64,000 bases of DNA from an uncultured Gemmatimonadaceae bacterium (GCA_963817955.1 CAWFQK010000005.1:32001-96000); one strand, 5' to 3'. Counted from the stretch's first letter, positions 40,048 through 50,749 are shown. Numbers and translations: made by a program. The notes: generated by a model from the sequence alone, not told the origin.

Positions 40048-40962
40048 TTACAACGCGGACTCGCTTGCGCAACAGATCGTTGCAATTTCTCCCGCGAGCA
40101 ACGCATTCTGCTCGAGTAACGCGAGATTGGCATCGAGCGAACTTCCACCGGTTAAACGAGTTACGGCCGCAAGCAGAAACGGTGTGATGGCCGCGCCGCT
40201 AATGCCACTCTCCCTCGCTTCCGCTTGCGCCTGCTGGACCGCCAGGTCCACGTCGGCGCGAGGAAGCGCGTGGGCCGCAGGAGGAGGCTGCACGACGAGC
40301 AAGGACTGAGGGCGCCCGAGCGCGCGGTGCGCGCGAAACATGGTCACGATCTCAGCGACGTCGTCGGCCCGTGCGTCGAGCACAATGCCGGTTTCGGCGC
40401 AGAAGAAGCCAGGCAGTTCGCTCGTACGATAGCCGATGACGGGCACGCCGAGGCTCTCCAGACGTTCCCACGTTGCCGGCAGATCGAGAATCGATTTTGC
40501 GCCGGCGCAAACGACGATCATCGCGCTACGCGCGAGCTCAGCCAGATCGGCTGACTCATCGTACGGCACGTCACGGTGCACACCGCCAATGCCTCCGGTG
40601 GCGAAGACTTCGATACCGACGGCACTCGCAAGCGCCAATGTCGCAGCGACGGTCGTGGCGCCGTCGCCCCGCTTGGCTACGACCGACGGGATGTCGCGTG
40701 CCGAGACCTTCCGCACCCCGTCGCGCCGGAGAAATCGCTCGAGTTCATCAGGCTCGAGCCCCACGGCTGGGGTCCCCTGCACAATCGCAGTGATCGCCGC
40801 GATGGCCCCAGCGCGTTGCACCGCCCCAGTCATTCGTTCAACGGCTTCGCGATTCTGCGGTATCGGCAAGCCCTGGGCGAGAACTGAGCTCTCGAGTGCG
40901 ACGACTGGCCTGCCAGCACTGAGCGCAGCTTCGATTTCGGTCAGGACGCGAATCAAGGTCAT
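40048..40962 (-). CDS. psuG: Pseudouridine-5'-phosphate glycosidase
   Basis: PVVALESS, GATTVAAT, FATGGIGGVHR, SADL.EL, GAKSILD, ITPFLL. Confidence 0.95.
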   Translation of the reverse strand: MTLIRVLTEIEAALSAGRPVVALESSVLAQGLPIPQNREAVERMTGAVQRAGAIAAITAIVQGTPAVGLEPDELERFLRRDGVRKVSARDIPSVVAKRGDGATTVAATLALASAVGIEVFATGGIGGVHRDVPYDESADLAELARSAMIVVCAGAKSILDLPATWERLESLGVPVIGYRTSELPGFFCAETGIVLDARADDVAEIVTMFRAHRALGRPQSLLVVQPPPAAHALPRADVDLAVQQAQAEARESGISGAAITPFLLAAVTRLTGGSSLDANLALLEQNALLAGEIATICCASESAL

Positions 40963-41037
40963 GTATGGGGCTAGGGACGCGTGAAGGAAAGCGCGAGACC
41001 GGGGAGGTAAAAACTAACAACCCTCGGACCTCGATCC

Positions 41038-41643
41038 TCAGCGCACCCCCGCCGTCGTTCCCGACTGAATCGGTGTCGCAGTGACGATCAACCGCTCCGG
41101 CGCAGGTCCAAGGTATCGGATCGGCCAGCACGTGGTGAGCGTCAAGGTTGCGTTCGACGTCCGGAACAATGCCGGATCGTCTTTGCCCAGGATGCGCTTG
41201 CCGACGACCACCCAGTCCTTGCGGTAGACGCCCGACTCGGTCGCGATCGTATCGCCCAATTCCAGCGCGTCCAGATGGTTGAAGTGCCGATCGCGATGTG
41301 CTGAGATGACCGAGTTGCCCGGCTCTCCCGGAAATGCGCTGCCGGGAAGATGCCCCGGACCGGCGTTGAGATCGTCGCCGTCAACACCTTCCAATACGAT
41401 CGCGTCGAGATCCAAGCGCGGAATTACCAGCCGCGCGACGGGTGCCCCTTCAACGAGTGGTTCGCGGTGACCATGGTGGAGTGATACCGACCGCGCGATG
41501 ACTACGGCCTCCCTCGCATCGGCCGCATCCCACGCTGCCCGGGCCCGGTCCGCCCGAACCATGCCGATGGCGTACCGGCCGATAGCAAATGACAGCAGCA
41601 GTCCGCCAAGGACGTACAGCGTGAATCCGACGGCTTTACGCAC
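41038..41643 (-). CDS. Class D sortase
   Basis: ARLVIPRLDL, GPGHLPGSAFPGEPGNSVISAHRD (His), LTLTTCWP (Cys), PERLIV (Arg). Confidence 0.92.
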   Translation of the reverse strand: MRKAVGFTLYVLGGLLLSFAIGRYAIGMVRADRARAAWDAADAREAVVIARSVSLHHGHREPLVEGAPVARLVIPRLDLDAIVLEGVDGDDLNAGPGHLPGSAFPGEPGNSVISAHRDRHFNHLDALELGDTIATESGVYRKDWVVVGKRILGKDDPALFRTSNATLTLTTCWPIRYLGPAPERLIVTATPIQSGTTAGVR

Positions 41644-42046
41644 GGTTGCGCGGCGGACCGGCGGAGCGACCACCCGCCAGCAGAAACGTACCGAGCAATA
41701 GTGACACCGCTCCGACCAATGCGAGCAGGGGCAGCCAGCTCGCCGTTGCCGGCGCACGGGTGCCGCTCACAAACGCCGTGGTCGACTCAGGCGCCGTCGG
41801 CGCATTCGCCAGCGTATCGATGGCTGGCGGCGGCGCGGGGACTCCTGCAGCGGAGTCAACCCAGGTCTTCATGTTGGTGAGCTGCGTGTTCACGATACTA
41901 TCCGTCTTCGCCTTCTGTTGCGCGACGGCGGCTGTTACCGAGTCCGCAATCTTCTTTTGCGGCGGAATGAACGTCGTGAACTGCGCAGCGGCGATGTTCG
42001 TCGCGCCAACGATCAGTGCGAGCGACAAGCAATGACGGAACGCCAC
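41636..42046 (-). CDS. Secreted protein with sortase-type C-terminal sorting signal
   Basis: Signal peptide ...IAAA-Q; C-terminal APATA + TM (WLPLLALVGAVSLLLGTFLL) + Arg-rich tail; GAGGAGG ribosome-binding site. Confidence 0.75.
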   Translation of the reverse strand: MAFRHCLSLALIVGATNIAAAQFTTFIPPQKKIADSVTAAVAQQKAKTDSIVNTQLTNMKTWVDSAAGVPAPPPAIDTLANAPTAPESTTAFVSGTRAPATASWLPLLALVGAVSLLLGTFLLAGGRSAGPPRNRA

Positions 42047-42161
42047 GGTGTGAATCCTCCTCTCCCCACCGACCAGCGCATACGCCAGGCCACCACCATG
42101 AACGACCCGAGCGAACCCTACTTCTCAGGCCAACGCCCTCATGAGTTCGTCGGAATGGCAC

Positions 42162-43352
42162 TCACGTGACAGTCCCTCGCGTGGTTTCGAATGGCTTCCA
42201 GCTCTCATCGCGCAGAATTGCGTCGATCATGTCCACGGCGCGCTCCAACTCATCGTCCTTCGTATAGAAGTGCGGGCCAATGCGAATGCCGGCGTTCGGG
42301 CGATAATCCACGATGATGTCGTTCTTCAACAACGCCTGCGCAACGCCATAGGCGTGGGGCACGTCGAAGGCGACCGTGCCGCCACGACGGTCGGCATCAC
42401 GCGGCGCGCTGACGGCAAAGCCATGCGCGTCGGCGAGTTGGATGAGCCGCGTCGTCTGCCGAATGCTCTTCTCGCGAATCGCGGCGACCCCCGCCCGGCG
42501 GACAATGCGCGGTCCCTCGATCGCGGCGAAGAGCGCGGGAATGGGTGGCGTGCCATTCAGCCAACGCCAGGCATTGCCCGCATACTCCATGTTGGATTCA
42601 AAGGCGAATGGCCGCTCGTGCGCCTGCCAACCGGTGAACGACGGCGTCAGCGCGGCACCCGCCTCCGGCGATACGTACAGAAAGGCGCCGCCCGGACCGC
42701 CGCACAGCCACTTCAATACGCCGCCGCTGACGAAATCCACGCCAAGGGCGGTGACGTCCAGGGGCATGACGCCCACCGAATGGAACGCGTCGAGCGACAC
42801 GCGCGCGCCGACCTCTCTCGCGCGCGCACAGATCGCCGCCACGTCCATGATGAACGCCGACCGAAAGAGCACGTGCGAGATCGCCACGAGTTGCGTCCGG
42901 TCGTCGATGGCATCGATCACGCGCTGTGTGTCGATGCCGATGCCGTCATCACTCGGCACCACCACGATGCGTGCGCCGAGCCGGGTGGCGAGCTGATCGT
43001 ATACGTAACGGACGGAGGGGAAATCCAGCTCCGTCATCACAATGGTATCGCGTGCAGACGGGTACTCGAGCGCCGACAGGACCGCAGTCTGCGCGATCGT
43101 CACGTTCGGCAGCATCGCGATCTCGCCGCGGCCAGCCCCGATCAATGGCGCGATCTCGTCGCCAACCGCGACCGGCATCTCCCACCAACCCCGGGCCCAC
43201 GCACGCACACCGAGCGTTCCCCATTGATCGGTGTACTCCGTGAGCCGATCGGGAACAGCGCGCGGCATGGCGCCGAGCGAATTCGACACGAGATAGTTCG
43301 TGCGCTCGAGGATCGGGAACTCGGCGCGATAGGTGAGCAGCGGGTCGGTCAC
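42162..43352 (-). CDS. Class V PLP aminotransferase, kynureninase-like
   Basis: YRAEFPI, YLVSNSLGAMP, LDAFHSVG, GGVLKWLCGGPG. Confidence 0.85.
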   Translation of the reverse strand: MTDPLLTYRAEFPILERTNYLVSNSLGAMPRAVPDRLTEYTDQWGTLGVRAWARGWWEMPVAVGDEIAPLIGAGRGEIAMLPNVTIAQTAVLSALEYPSARDTIVMTELDFPSVRYVYDQLATRLGARIVVVPSDDGIGIDTQRVIDAIDDRTQLVAISHVLFRSAFIMDVAAICARAREVGARVSLDAFHSVGVMPLDVTALGVDFVSGGVLKWLCGGPGGAFLYVSPEAGAALTPSFTGWQAHERPFAFESNMEYAGNAWRWLNGTPPIPALFAAIEGPRIVRRAGVAAIREKSIRQTTRLIQLADAHGFAVSAPRDADRRGGTVAFDVPHAYGVAQALLKNDIIVDYRPNAGIRIGPHFYTKDDELERAVDMIDAILRDESWKPFETTRGTVT

Positions 43353-44668
43353 GCGGTGGTATCGATGTTGAGAGTTCGACGGTAGGATAGGCTGCCAACG
43401 TATACCACGATTGCCACGCCAAGCACCACGAGCAACGCTTTCCATTCGCTCGCCGCCAGGCTCGTGAGCAGCCAGACGATCACCGCCAGCGCAAGCACCG
43501 GAACGAGCCCGGAAAAGGGCACGCGAAAGGGCGTGCCGCTCTCCTGTATGCCGCGACGGCGGAGCTGTACAACGGCCATGCAACACGCCGCATACACGAG
43601 CAGGATGGAACCGTTGGCAATGATCGCCAACCGCTCGAAACTTCCACTCACGGCGAGGGCGATGACGATGATTGTCTGCACGATGATCGCGACATACGGC
43701 GTGCGGAACGTCGAGTGCACCGCCGCGAGCTGCGGCGGAAGGAACCCATCGCGGCCGAACGCGAACAGCATGCGGGGCACCGCGAGCGTCATACCACTGA
43801 CGTAACCGAACATTGATACGGCCGATCCCACCAGGATGAGCGTCCGCCCGGGCGAGCCCATCACGACGGCCGCCGCCTCGGCAAGCGGAGTCTTCTGTCC
43901 GGCCAGCGCCGAGCCAAGGATGCCCTGCGTCACGACTTGGACGAGGAGATAGAGCACCGTCACGCCGAGCATCGCAATGAAGATCGCGCGTGGAACCGTA
44001 CGCGCCGGATCGTCCACTTCGCCGCTCGGCACGAGCGCCGATTCGACACCGAGAAAGGCGAAAATGAGCACCGTTGACGCGCGAGCAATGTCGCCGGCAC
44101 CGGGAGTGGACGTCCACACCAGGTTCTGGCTTCGAGCGGCAAAGATGCCGACTCCCACGAGCAACAACAGCGGCAGCAGCTTGGCCACCGTCATCACGAC
44201 ATTGAACCGGTTGGCACCGCGCACGCCCGCGATGTTGAGCGCACCCAAGGCAACGAGGATCACCGTGAGCGCGATCGAGCGACTGCCGCCGACGCCTAGC
44301 GCGGGAATGAGGGCGCCAAGCGCGTCGGCGAAGAACGACGAAACCGCGGCCGTCGCCGCCGTGATGCCCGCCCAGAGCATGACGCCGGTGAGGAAGCCGA
44401 CCAATGGGCCAAATGCCACCTCGACATAGGCATACAGCCCGCCGGTAAGCGAAACCCGGCTGCCCGCCTCTGCGAAGCAAAGGACGATCAGGGCCATGGC
44501 AATCGCGCACACGACATAGGCGATAGGGGCGGACGCGCCGAGCGCGCTCGCCGCCGCCGCCGGCAGCCGGAAGATGCCGCCGCCAACCGTGATGTTGACG
44601 ATATTGGCGGCGAGCCCCCACACTCCGAGGGCGCGGATCAGGGAACCTTCGTTCCGCGTACGTGTCAT
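43349..44668 (-). CDS. APC family amino acid permease
   Basis: VGGGIF.LP, FAEAGS...GGLYAYV, FAFLGVE, about 12 TM segments. Confidence 0.92.
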   Translation of the reverse strand: MTRTRNEGSLIRALGVWGLAANIVNITVGGGIFRLPAAAASALGASAPIAYVVCAIAMALIVLCFAEAGSRVSLTGGLYAYVEVAFGPLVGFLTGVMLWAGITAATAAVSSFFADALGALIPALGVGGSRSIALTVILVALGALNIAGVRGANRFNVVMTVAKLLPLLLLVGVGIFAARSQNLVWTSTPGAGDIARASTVLIFAFLGVESALVPSGEVDDPARTVPRAIFIAMLGVTVLYLLVQVVTQGILGSALAGQKTPLAEAAAVVMGSPGRTLILVGSAVSMFGYVSGMTLAVPRMLFAFGRDGFLPPQLAAVHSTFRTPYVAIIVQTIIVIALAVSGSFERLAIIANGSILLVYAACCMAVVQLRRRGIQESGTPFRVPFSGLVPVLALAVIVWLLTSLAASEWKALLVVLGVAIVVYVGSLSYRRTLNIDTTA

Positions 44669-44787
44669 TCCCCAAGAGTAGAGGCCGCTGTTTGTGGCCG
44701 CCACCACTGAAATGCGGGAGGTCGGCCCAGAATTTGTGGCGCGGATCTTTCCCTGCGACCCTGCGTCCCCCCTTTGAGGAGATCACA

Positions 44788-45201
44788 ATGCGTCACTCCG
44801 CACGTCTCGCGGTGCTCGTCCTGTTTGCAGCAGTTACGCCTATGCGCGCCCAGAGCCCCTTCTCGGGCCTCCCCGCCGATACCTCGTCCCACGTCGTCGC
44901 CGACAGCGGCTTGGCGGCGCCTAGCGCATCCACGGCGCCCACATTGGCCGTTGAGCGCTCAAATGTGGCTGGCGCCCCCGTCACAGGGCTGCGGGCCGGC
45001 GCATACACCCGCGAGAGTGCGCGCCCTATGCAACCCAATATGGCGGTCACGCATGCCAACCTCGGTCAATCCCGCGCCATGATGGTCGTGGGAGTGGCAG
45101 CGCTCATTGCCGGCGCAATCATTGGCGGCACGCCCGGCACCTTGATCATGGTGGGCGGCACGGTGGTCGGGCTGGTGGGGTTATACGACTATTTGCAGTA
45201 G
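44788..45201 (+). CDS. Hypothetical exported/membrane protein
   Basis: GAGGAG ribosome-binding site, signal peptide, C-terminal hydrophobic hairpin. Confidence 0.7.
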   Translation: MRHSARLAVLVLFAAVTPMRAQSPFSGLPADTSSHVVADSGLAAPSASTAPTLAVERSNVAGAPVTGLRAGAYTRESARPMQPNMAVTHANLGQSRAMMVVGVAALIAGAIIGGTPGTLIMVGGTVVGLVGLYDYLQ

Positions 45202-45389
45202 GATTGACCGTCGAGGATGGAGGGCGGAATATCGCATTAAGGTGTAGTAATTTCGTGGAGCGTTACGCCTGATATGCCGATACGTCGTAGTAGGTAGCGG
45301 CGTATACAAATCTCGATCTCCTCGAGGGAGCGGTGCCGGGAGTGGCCGACGCTCGCAGACCAAGGCTCAACCTTCAACGTGCACCTGTG

Positions 45390-46481
45390 ATGTCTCGACC
45401 GCCCGATCGCCGCATCGCCCTCGTCCTTGGCGGAGGAGGGATGAAGGGGTTCGCCCACATCGGCGTGATGCAGGCGCTCGAGGAGCGCGGTATCGAGCCG
45501 TCGCTGTACGCGGGCACGAGCATCGGGGCCATGCTGGCCTCGGCGCGAGCGGGGGGGATGACCCCGGACGCGTTGGCGAAACGAGCCACGGCCCTGCGCC
45601 GGCGCGACCTGTTCCGCATCAATCATTTTGGCATGCTCATGGAGCGCATGCGGTCACCCTCGATCTACCTCGAGGATCCGCTACGCGATCTCTGTCGCTC
45701 GGTGGTGCCGGCCGGCAACTTTTCCGACTTGCCACTGCCGCTGCTCGTCAACACCGTGGATCTCGAGCACGGCTCGCCCGTGATCTGGGGGTTGCCGGGA
45801 TTGCGGGACGTTTCCGTACAGGACGCCGTATACGCGTCGTGCGCGCTGCCCGGCTACTTCCCGCCGGGAAGAGTTGCGGACCGGTTATGTGTCGATGGCG
45901 GCGTGATCGATAATTTGCCGGTCGCCATCGCCGGGCTCAATGCGGACCTCATCATCGCGGTGGACGTCGGCAGCACCGATCTCCGCCCGATCAGCGACGC
46001 GATGTCGCTCGGCTTCGCCAATATCTACATGCGCGCGGCGACGACAATGATGCATGCGCTCCAACAGTTCCCGCTCACGCGCTGGGACGGCCCGCCCATG
46101 GTGCTGATTCGTCCGCGGTGTGGCGAAGACTGGCTGAGCTTCGGCAACATCGAGGACACGATTTCTGAAGGACATCGCGCCGCCCTCAAGGCGCTCGAGG
46201 ACATCGACGCGTTTTACGACCAGCCAGGCGGCGTATACCCGCGCCGCCGCTTCGAGGTGGAGGTGGATCGCGACCGCTGCATCGGCTGCGGTTTGTGCGT
46301 GTCGCTCGCGCCCAACCTCATGGGTCTCGATGGCCAGGGGAAGGCGTACGCGCGGACGCGCACCACGGACTGGTCACCGGCCGACGGCGACTTCGTGCAC
46401 TACTGTCCGGCCAATGCGATCACGGCGCGCAAGACCGAGCGGATCGTGCCGCTCAAAGCCGGCGAGCGCGGCGCGGCGTAG
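45390..46481 (+). CDS. Patatin-like phospholipase with C-terminal ferredoxin domain
   Basis: GGGGMKG, GTSIG, DGG; C-terminal VDRDRCIGCGLCVSLAP...CPANAI. Confidence 0.9.
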   Translation: MSRPPDRRIALVLGGGGMKGFAHIGVMQALEERGIEPSLYAGTSIGAMLASARAGGMTPDALAKRATALRRRDLFRINHFGMLMERMRSPSIYLEDPLRDLCRSVVPAGNFSDLPLPLLVNTVDLEHGSPVIWGLPGLRDVSVQDAVYASCALPGYFPPGRVADRLCVDGGVIDNLPVAIAGLNADLIIAVDVGSTDLRPISDAMSLGFANIYMRAATTMMHALQQFPLTRWDGPPMVLIRPRCGEDWLSFGNIEDTISEGHRAALKALEDIDAFYDQPGGVYPRRRFEVEVDRDRCIGCGLCVSLAPNLMGLDGQGKAYARTRTTDWSPADGDFVHYCPANAITARKTERIVPLKAGERGAA

Positions 46482-46500
46482 TCCGAGGCCGACTGTTCGC

Positions 46501-47529
46501 CTACCGCTTGTCCCCAATCACCCCGAGCACGATACGCTCGTAGCCATCGACCGCGGCCCGTAGTTCATCGATCGAGATGAACTCGTCGTCGCGATGCGCG
46601 ACATGGATGGAGCCCGGGCCGTAGAGGTAAGGCGTGCCCCAGTTGTCGAGCGCGGGAATATCGGTGGCGAAAGCAGCGACGGACGTTGGAAATCCCTCGA
46701 GCGTGCCGAGCTTCACCGGCGGCACAACCGGTCCCCATTCGAGCTCGGCGCGACCGTCGGCCCAGCGCTCGATCATGCCCTTGACGTCCTCGGGCGCGGT
46801 GACGAGTCGGATCATCAACCGCGCCTCCGCCCACGGTGCGACGACGTTATCCGCCACGCCCCCCGCCAACCCGCCAATATTCACCGTGGTGTCCCCGAGC
46901 AGCGCGTCGCACGGAAAGTCGAGAGTGTCGAGCTCCGCGAGCAGGCGTACCAGGTCGCGAGTCGCCGAATGTCCCAGGTGCGGATAGGCTGAATGCGCCG
47001 CGGTGCCCGTCGTGCGCACGATGACGCGAATTGCGCCCTTCGTGCCGACGGCGAGCGTGCTCTCCGTCGGCTCGCCATCGATCATTACGCGGCAGGTTGG
47101 CGGCACGTGCCTGGCCGCGATGGCGTCATTCGCGGCGTGTGCGCCATCGTGCGTCACCTCCTCGCCGACCACGAAGAGCATGGCCACCGGCTGGTTCGCG
47201 CCCCGGAGTCGCTCGGCGGCACAGATCATTGCCGCGGCAATTCCCTTTGCGTCACACGCGCCGCGGCCGAAGATCTTCCCGTCTGCGACACGCGGCGCGA
47301 TGAACGGAGGCACCGTGTCCAGATGAGTCGACAGCGTGACTAGCGGTGCCTCTGTCGCGGTCGCGAACAGGTCGTCGCGGCCTTCGCTCACCGGGATGCG
47401 CTGCGTGCGCCACCCGCGCGAACCGAGATATTGCTCCAGCCAGGTGATAACCTGGCCTTCGCGTCCGCTCGTCGAATCGATCGACATGAGCGAGACGGTC
47501 AACTCTATGGGATCGCTGGGCGTATTCAT
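46501..47529 (-). CDS. M20 family metallohydrolase (ArgE/DapE-like)
   Basis: STHLDTVPP, GRGACDAKG, VGEE, DGEPT, AAHSAYP, AHRDDE. Confidence 0.9.
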   Translation of the reverse strand: MNTPSDPIELTVSLMSIDSTSGREGQVITWLEQYLGSRGWRTQRIPVSEGRDDLFATATEAPLVTLSTHLDTVPPFIAPRVADGKIFGRGACDAKGIAAAMICAAERLRGANQPVAMLFVVGEEVTHDGAHAANDAIAARHVPPTCRVMIDGEPTESTLAVGTKGAIRVIVRTTGTAAHSAYPHLGHSATRDLVRLLAELDTLDFPCDALLGDTTVNIGGLAGGVADNVVAPWAEARLMIRLVTAPEDVKGMIERWADGRAELEWGPVVPPVKLGTLEGFPTSVAAFATDIPALDNWGTPYLYGPGSIHVAHRDDEFISIDELRAAVDGYERIVLGVIGDKR

Positions 47530-47593
47530 CACGGCAAGATCGATGGCCCCGCCAAGGGGCGCAATGTCCTTACTCTCCCCCCCGGAGATTTCC

Positions 47594-50500
47594 ATGTGTC
47601 GTCCAGCCGCCGCCCTTCGTACGTCGTTCGTCTTCCTGCTCGCCGTTACCGGCGTATTGCCGGCACAAGGTGCTCGTAGCGCATCGAGCATCCCGACGCC
47701 GCAACAGGCCACCGCGCCTACCAGTCATGCCGCGCGTACGATGACCGTTGCTGACTACGCACGCTGGCGCACGATCCGTGATGTCGCAATAAGCGATGAC
47801 GGGGCATGGGCGAGCTACGGCTACCAGCAGCGCAGTGTTGACGACACGCTGTTCGTGAAGAATCTCGCCACCTCCGCCGAGCAGAAGATTGCCCGAGCCT
47901 CGCGGGCGCAGTTCTCCGACGACAGCCATTGGATTGCGTACTTCGTCGCGGGGCCGATCAAACCGAACGCGCAACCTGGGGCAGCCGATCAGGCGGCGAC
48001 TGGGCCGGCAAAACTGGAGCTACGAAATCTCGCCACCGGCGTCCTCGTGTCGTGGGACAACGTCGCGTCGTTCGCGTTCTCCAGAGGCTCCCGTGCCCTG
48101 GTGGTTCGCAAGGCGCGGCCGGGCGCACAGCCGGCAGCGACGGGCGGTCGTGGTGGGGCAGCGACGGGCGCGCCACCGAGTGGCGGACGCGGTGCGGCCG
48201 CGGCAACACCCGTTGCCGGCACCGACATGATCCTGCATCACCTTGCCGATGGAGTGGAGGAACTGGTCGGCAGCGTGAACGCCGCGGAGTTCAATCGCCC
48301 CGGCACCGCGCTGGCGTACACCGTGGCCTCGTCGGACCGCGATGGGAACGGGTTGTATCTCGTGTCCACGAGCGATTGGTCGCGCCGGGCGGTCGACAAC
48401 GCGCGCGCCGACTACTCGCGTCTCACGTGGGACGATTCGGGTACCGCCGTCGCTGCGCTACGCGGAATGGATCGCCGCGGCTTCATGGAAAAGGAGAACG
48501 CGCTGGTGGCCGCGACCGGTATCAGCGGTAACGCGATCGCGCCGATCGTGCTCGGACGACAGCAATTGACCGGGCTACCAGATAGCCTGGTGATCAGCGA
48601 GAAGGGCACGCTGGCGTGGAGCTCGGACCGCTCGCGCGTGTTCATTGGTCTCAAGGAGCAAGCGGCACGACCGTCGCCGCGTCGTGATTCCACGGTCGCC
48701 GTGGAACCGGTCGGTAACGTGGACGTCTGGCATTGGAAGGATCCATACATCCAATCGGCGCAGATGGTTCGGGCGCAGCAGGATCGGAATCGCACCTACA
48801 CGGCGAGCGTCCTGCTTGCCGACAAGAAGGTGGTGTCGCTCGGCGACGCACGCATGGATCGCGTGCAAGTGGCGAAAGACGGCCACTACGCCATCGGTCA
48901 GGACGACAAGGACTACGTCGACGACTGGAAGCCGCAGCTCACGGACATATATCGAGTCAACACCACTACCGGCGAGCGGACACTGATCCTGAAAGGACAG
49001 GAGCGTTCCCTTGGCCTGTCGCCGGACGGCAAGTATTTCCTGTACTGGAAGGGCGGTCATGTGTGGTCGTACGACATTGCGGCGAACAAGCACACCAACA
49101 TCACCAAGGCAGCTCCGGTGAGCTTCGTGAACGCCGAGGAGGATCACGTCGGCGAACGACCGTCGTACGGCATCAGCGGATTCACGAAGGACGGCAAGTC
49201 GGTGGTACTCGACCACCGCTACGATATCTGGGTGGTGTCGCTCGACGGCAGCGCCGCGCCGCGAAACTTGACGAATGGCGCGGGCGCGAAGGGCGAGATC
49301 CGGTTCCGGTACCAGCGCCTGGACGCCGACGATAACGCCGCTGGGCCAGCACCGGGAGGAGCCGGCGGCGGACGCGGTGGCGCCGCACCATCGGTCATCG
49401 ATCTGTCGAAGCCGGTGCTCCTCACCGCATACGGCGAGTGGACGAAGAAGGCGGGGTATTACCAGCTCGACGGCGAAGCGCTCACGCCGCTCGTCTATGA
49501 GGATCGCTCGTTCGGCCGGCCCATCAAGGCGAAGAACGCCGACCGCGTGCTCTTCACGCGCGAGACGTTCGCCGAATTCCCCGACTACTGGGTGAGCGAC
49601 ACGCGATTCTCTGCACCGCGTCGTGTGACCGAGGCGAACCCGCAGCAGGCGGAGTTCAAGTGGGGACATCGCATCCTCATCGACTACAAGGACAAGGACG
49701 GTCACAAACTGCAGGGCACGCTCGCCGTGCCGAACGACTATCAGCCCGGCGAGAAGCGGCCGATGCTCGTGTACTTCTACGAACGATTGTCAGAGAACCA
49801 GAATCACTACGAGGTGCCGCGCTATGCATCGGCGCCACAGTACGCCGACTACGTGAGCAACGGGTACCTGGTGTTGCTCCCGGACATCTACTACCACACG
49901 GGACGGTCGCACACGGACATGCTCAACTCCGTCGAAGCGGCGGTGCGCCGCGTGGAGGCGCTTGGGTATGCGGATCCCAAGCGGGTCGGTCTGCACGGCG
50001 GCAGCTACAGCGGACAAGGTGGCGCATACATCGCGACGCAGTCAAAGATGTTCGCGGCGGTCGCGGTCCGCGCTGCGGCGGTAGACCTCGTGGCAGACTT
50101 CAACCAACTCTGGAAGACGTCGGGCACCAACCAGCATCGCTACGACACATATGGACAGGGACGCTTCGGCACGAATCCGTATGAGAATCTGCCCTTATTC
50201 ATGGACCAGTCGGCGGTGTTCCATGCCAAGGACATGAACACGCCATTGCTCATCCTTCAGGGCACGAACGACGGGTCGACGGAGTGGCTGCAGGGCGTGG
50301 AGTTCTACAACGCGCTGCGCTTTCTGAAAAAGCCCGTGATCTTCCTCTCGTACGAAGGTGAGGGCCACGGGTTCACGCGCTACGACAACCAGTACGACGT
50401 CGAGGTCCGCATGCACCAGTTCTACGATCACTATCTGAAGGGCGTGCCGGCGGCGGACTGGATCGCGAATGGAATTCCGTTCCTCAACAAGAAGACGCCC

Positions 50501-50623
50501 ACTGGGGCAGCCGCGCAGCCGGTGCAGCTCATGGGCGGCGGCGCGGGAATCGGGACACCGATGTCCGGCGGCGGCAGCGGTGGCGGCGGCGCCACTCCGC
50601 CGAGTGGGCCGCCGAATCCGTAA
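47594..50623 (+). CDS. S9 family (prolyl oligopeptidase-like) secreted serine peptidase
   Basis: Signal peptide, beta-propeller region, GLHGGSYSG nucleophile, QGTNDG, GEGHG. Confidence 0.88.
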   Translation: MCRPAAALRTSFVFLLAVTGVLPAQGARSASSIPTPQQATAPTSHAARTMTVADYARWRTIRDVAISDDGAWASYGYQQRSVDDTLFVKNLATSAEQKIARASRAQFSDDSHWIAYFVAGPIKPNAQPGAADQAATGPAKLELRNLATGVLVSWDNVASFAFSRGSRALVVRKARPGAQPAATGGRGGAATGAPPSGGRGAAAATPVAGTDMILHHLADGVEELVGSVNAAEFNRPGTALAYTVASSDRDGNGLYLVSTSDWSRRAVDNARADYSRLTWDDSGTAVAALRGMDRRGFMEKENALVAATGISGNAIAPIVLGRQQLTGLPDSLVISEKGTLAWSSDRSRVFIGLKEQAARPSPRRDSTVAVEPVGNVDVWHWKDPYIQSAQMVRAQQDRNRTYTASVLLADKKVVSLGDARMDRVQVAKDGHYAIGQDDKDYVDDWKPQLTDIYRVNTTTGERTLILKGQERSLGLSPDGKYFLYWKGGHVWSYDIAANKHTNITKAAPVSFVNAEEDHVGERPSYGISGFTKDGKSVVLDHRYDIWVVSLDGSAAPRNLTNGAGAKGEIRFRYQRLDADDNAAGPAPGGAGGGRGGAAPSVIDLSKPVLLTAYGEWTKKAGYYQLDGEALTPLVYEDRSFGRPIKAKNADRVLFTRETFAEFPDYWVSDTRFSAPRRVTEANPQQAEFKWGHRILIDYKDKDGHKLQGTLAVPNDYQPGEKRPMLVYFYERLSENQNHYEVPRYASAPQYADYVSNGYLVLLPDIYYHTGRSHTDMLNSVEAAVRRVEALGYADPKRVGLHGGSYSGQGGAYIATQSKMFAAVAVRAAAVDLVADFNQLWKTSGTNQHRYDTYGQGRFGTNPYENLPLFMDQSAVFHAKDMNTPLLILQGTNDGSTEWLQGVEFYNALRFLKKPVIFLSYEGEGHGFTRYDNQYDVEVRMHQFYDHYLKGVPAADWIANGIPFLNKKTPTGAAAQPVQLMGGGAGIGTPMSGGGSGGGGATPPSGPPNP

Positions 50624-50749
50624 CGCGGGTGCTCGGGGGCAGTGTAGATTAGACGCAGCCTGACGGCCGGAACTATTCGGGCCGTCAGTGGCTCCGTCTG
50701 TCACCCTCGCATCGGCCCAATGCGTTGGCCGAACCGAGAGACGAATTCC

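Noticed and set aside
42060..42140. TPP riboswitch (CTGAGA on the minus strand)
   Set aside because: Other conserved TPP elements are absent and the downstream genes are unrelated
42162..44786. 874-aa fusion protein
   Set aside because: The N-terminal half is an off-frame read-through of the APC permease; the real enzyme starts near 43352
45202..45389. Riboswitch upstream of patatin
   Set aside because: Lower GC but no recognisable aptamer motif or convincing structure
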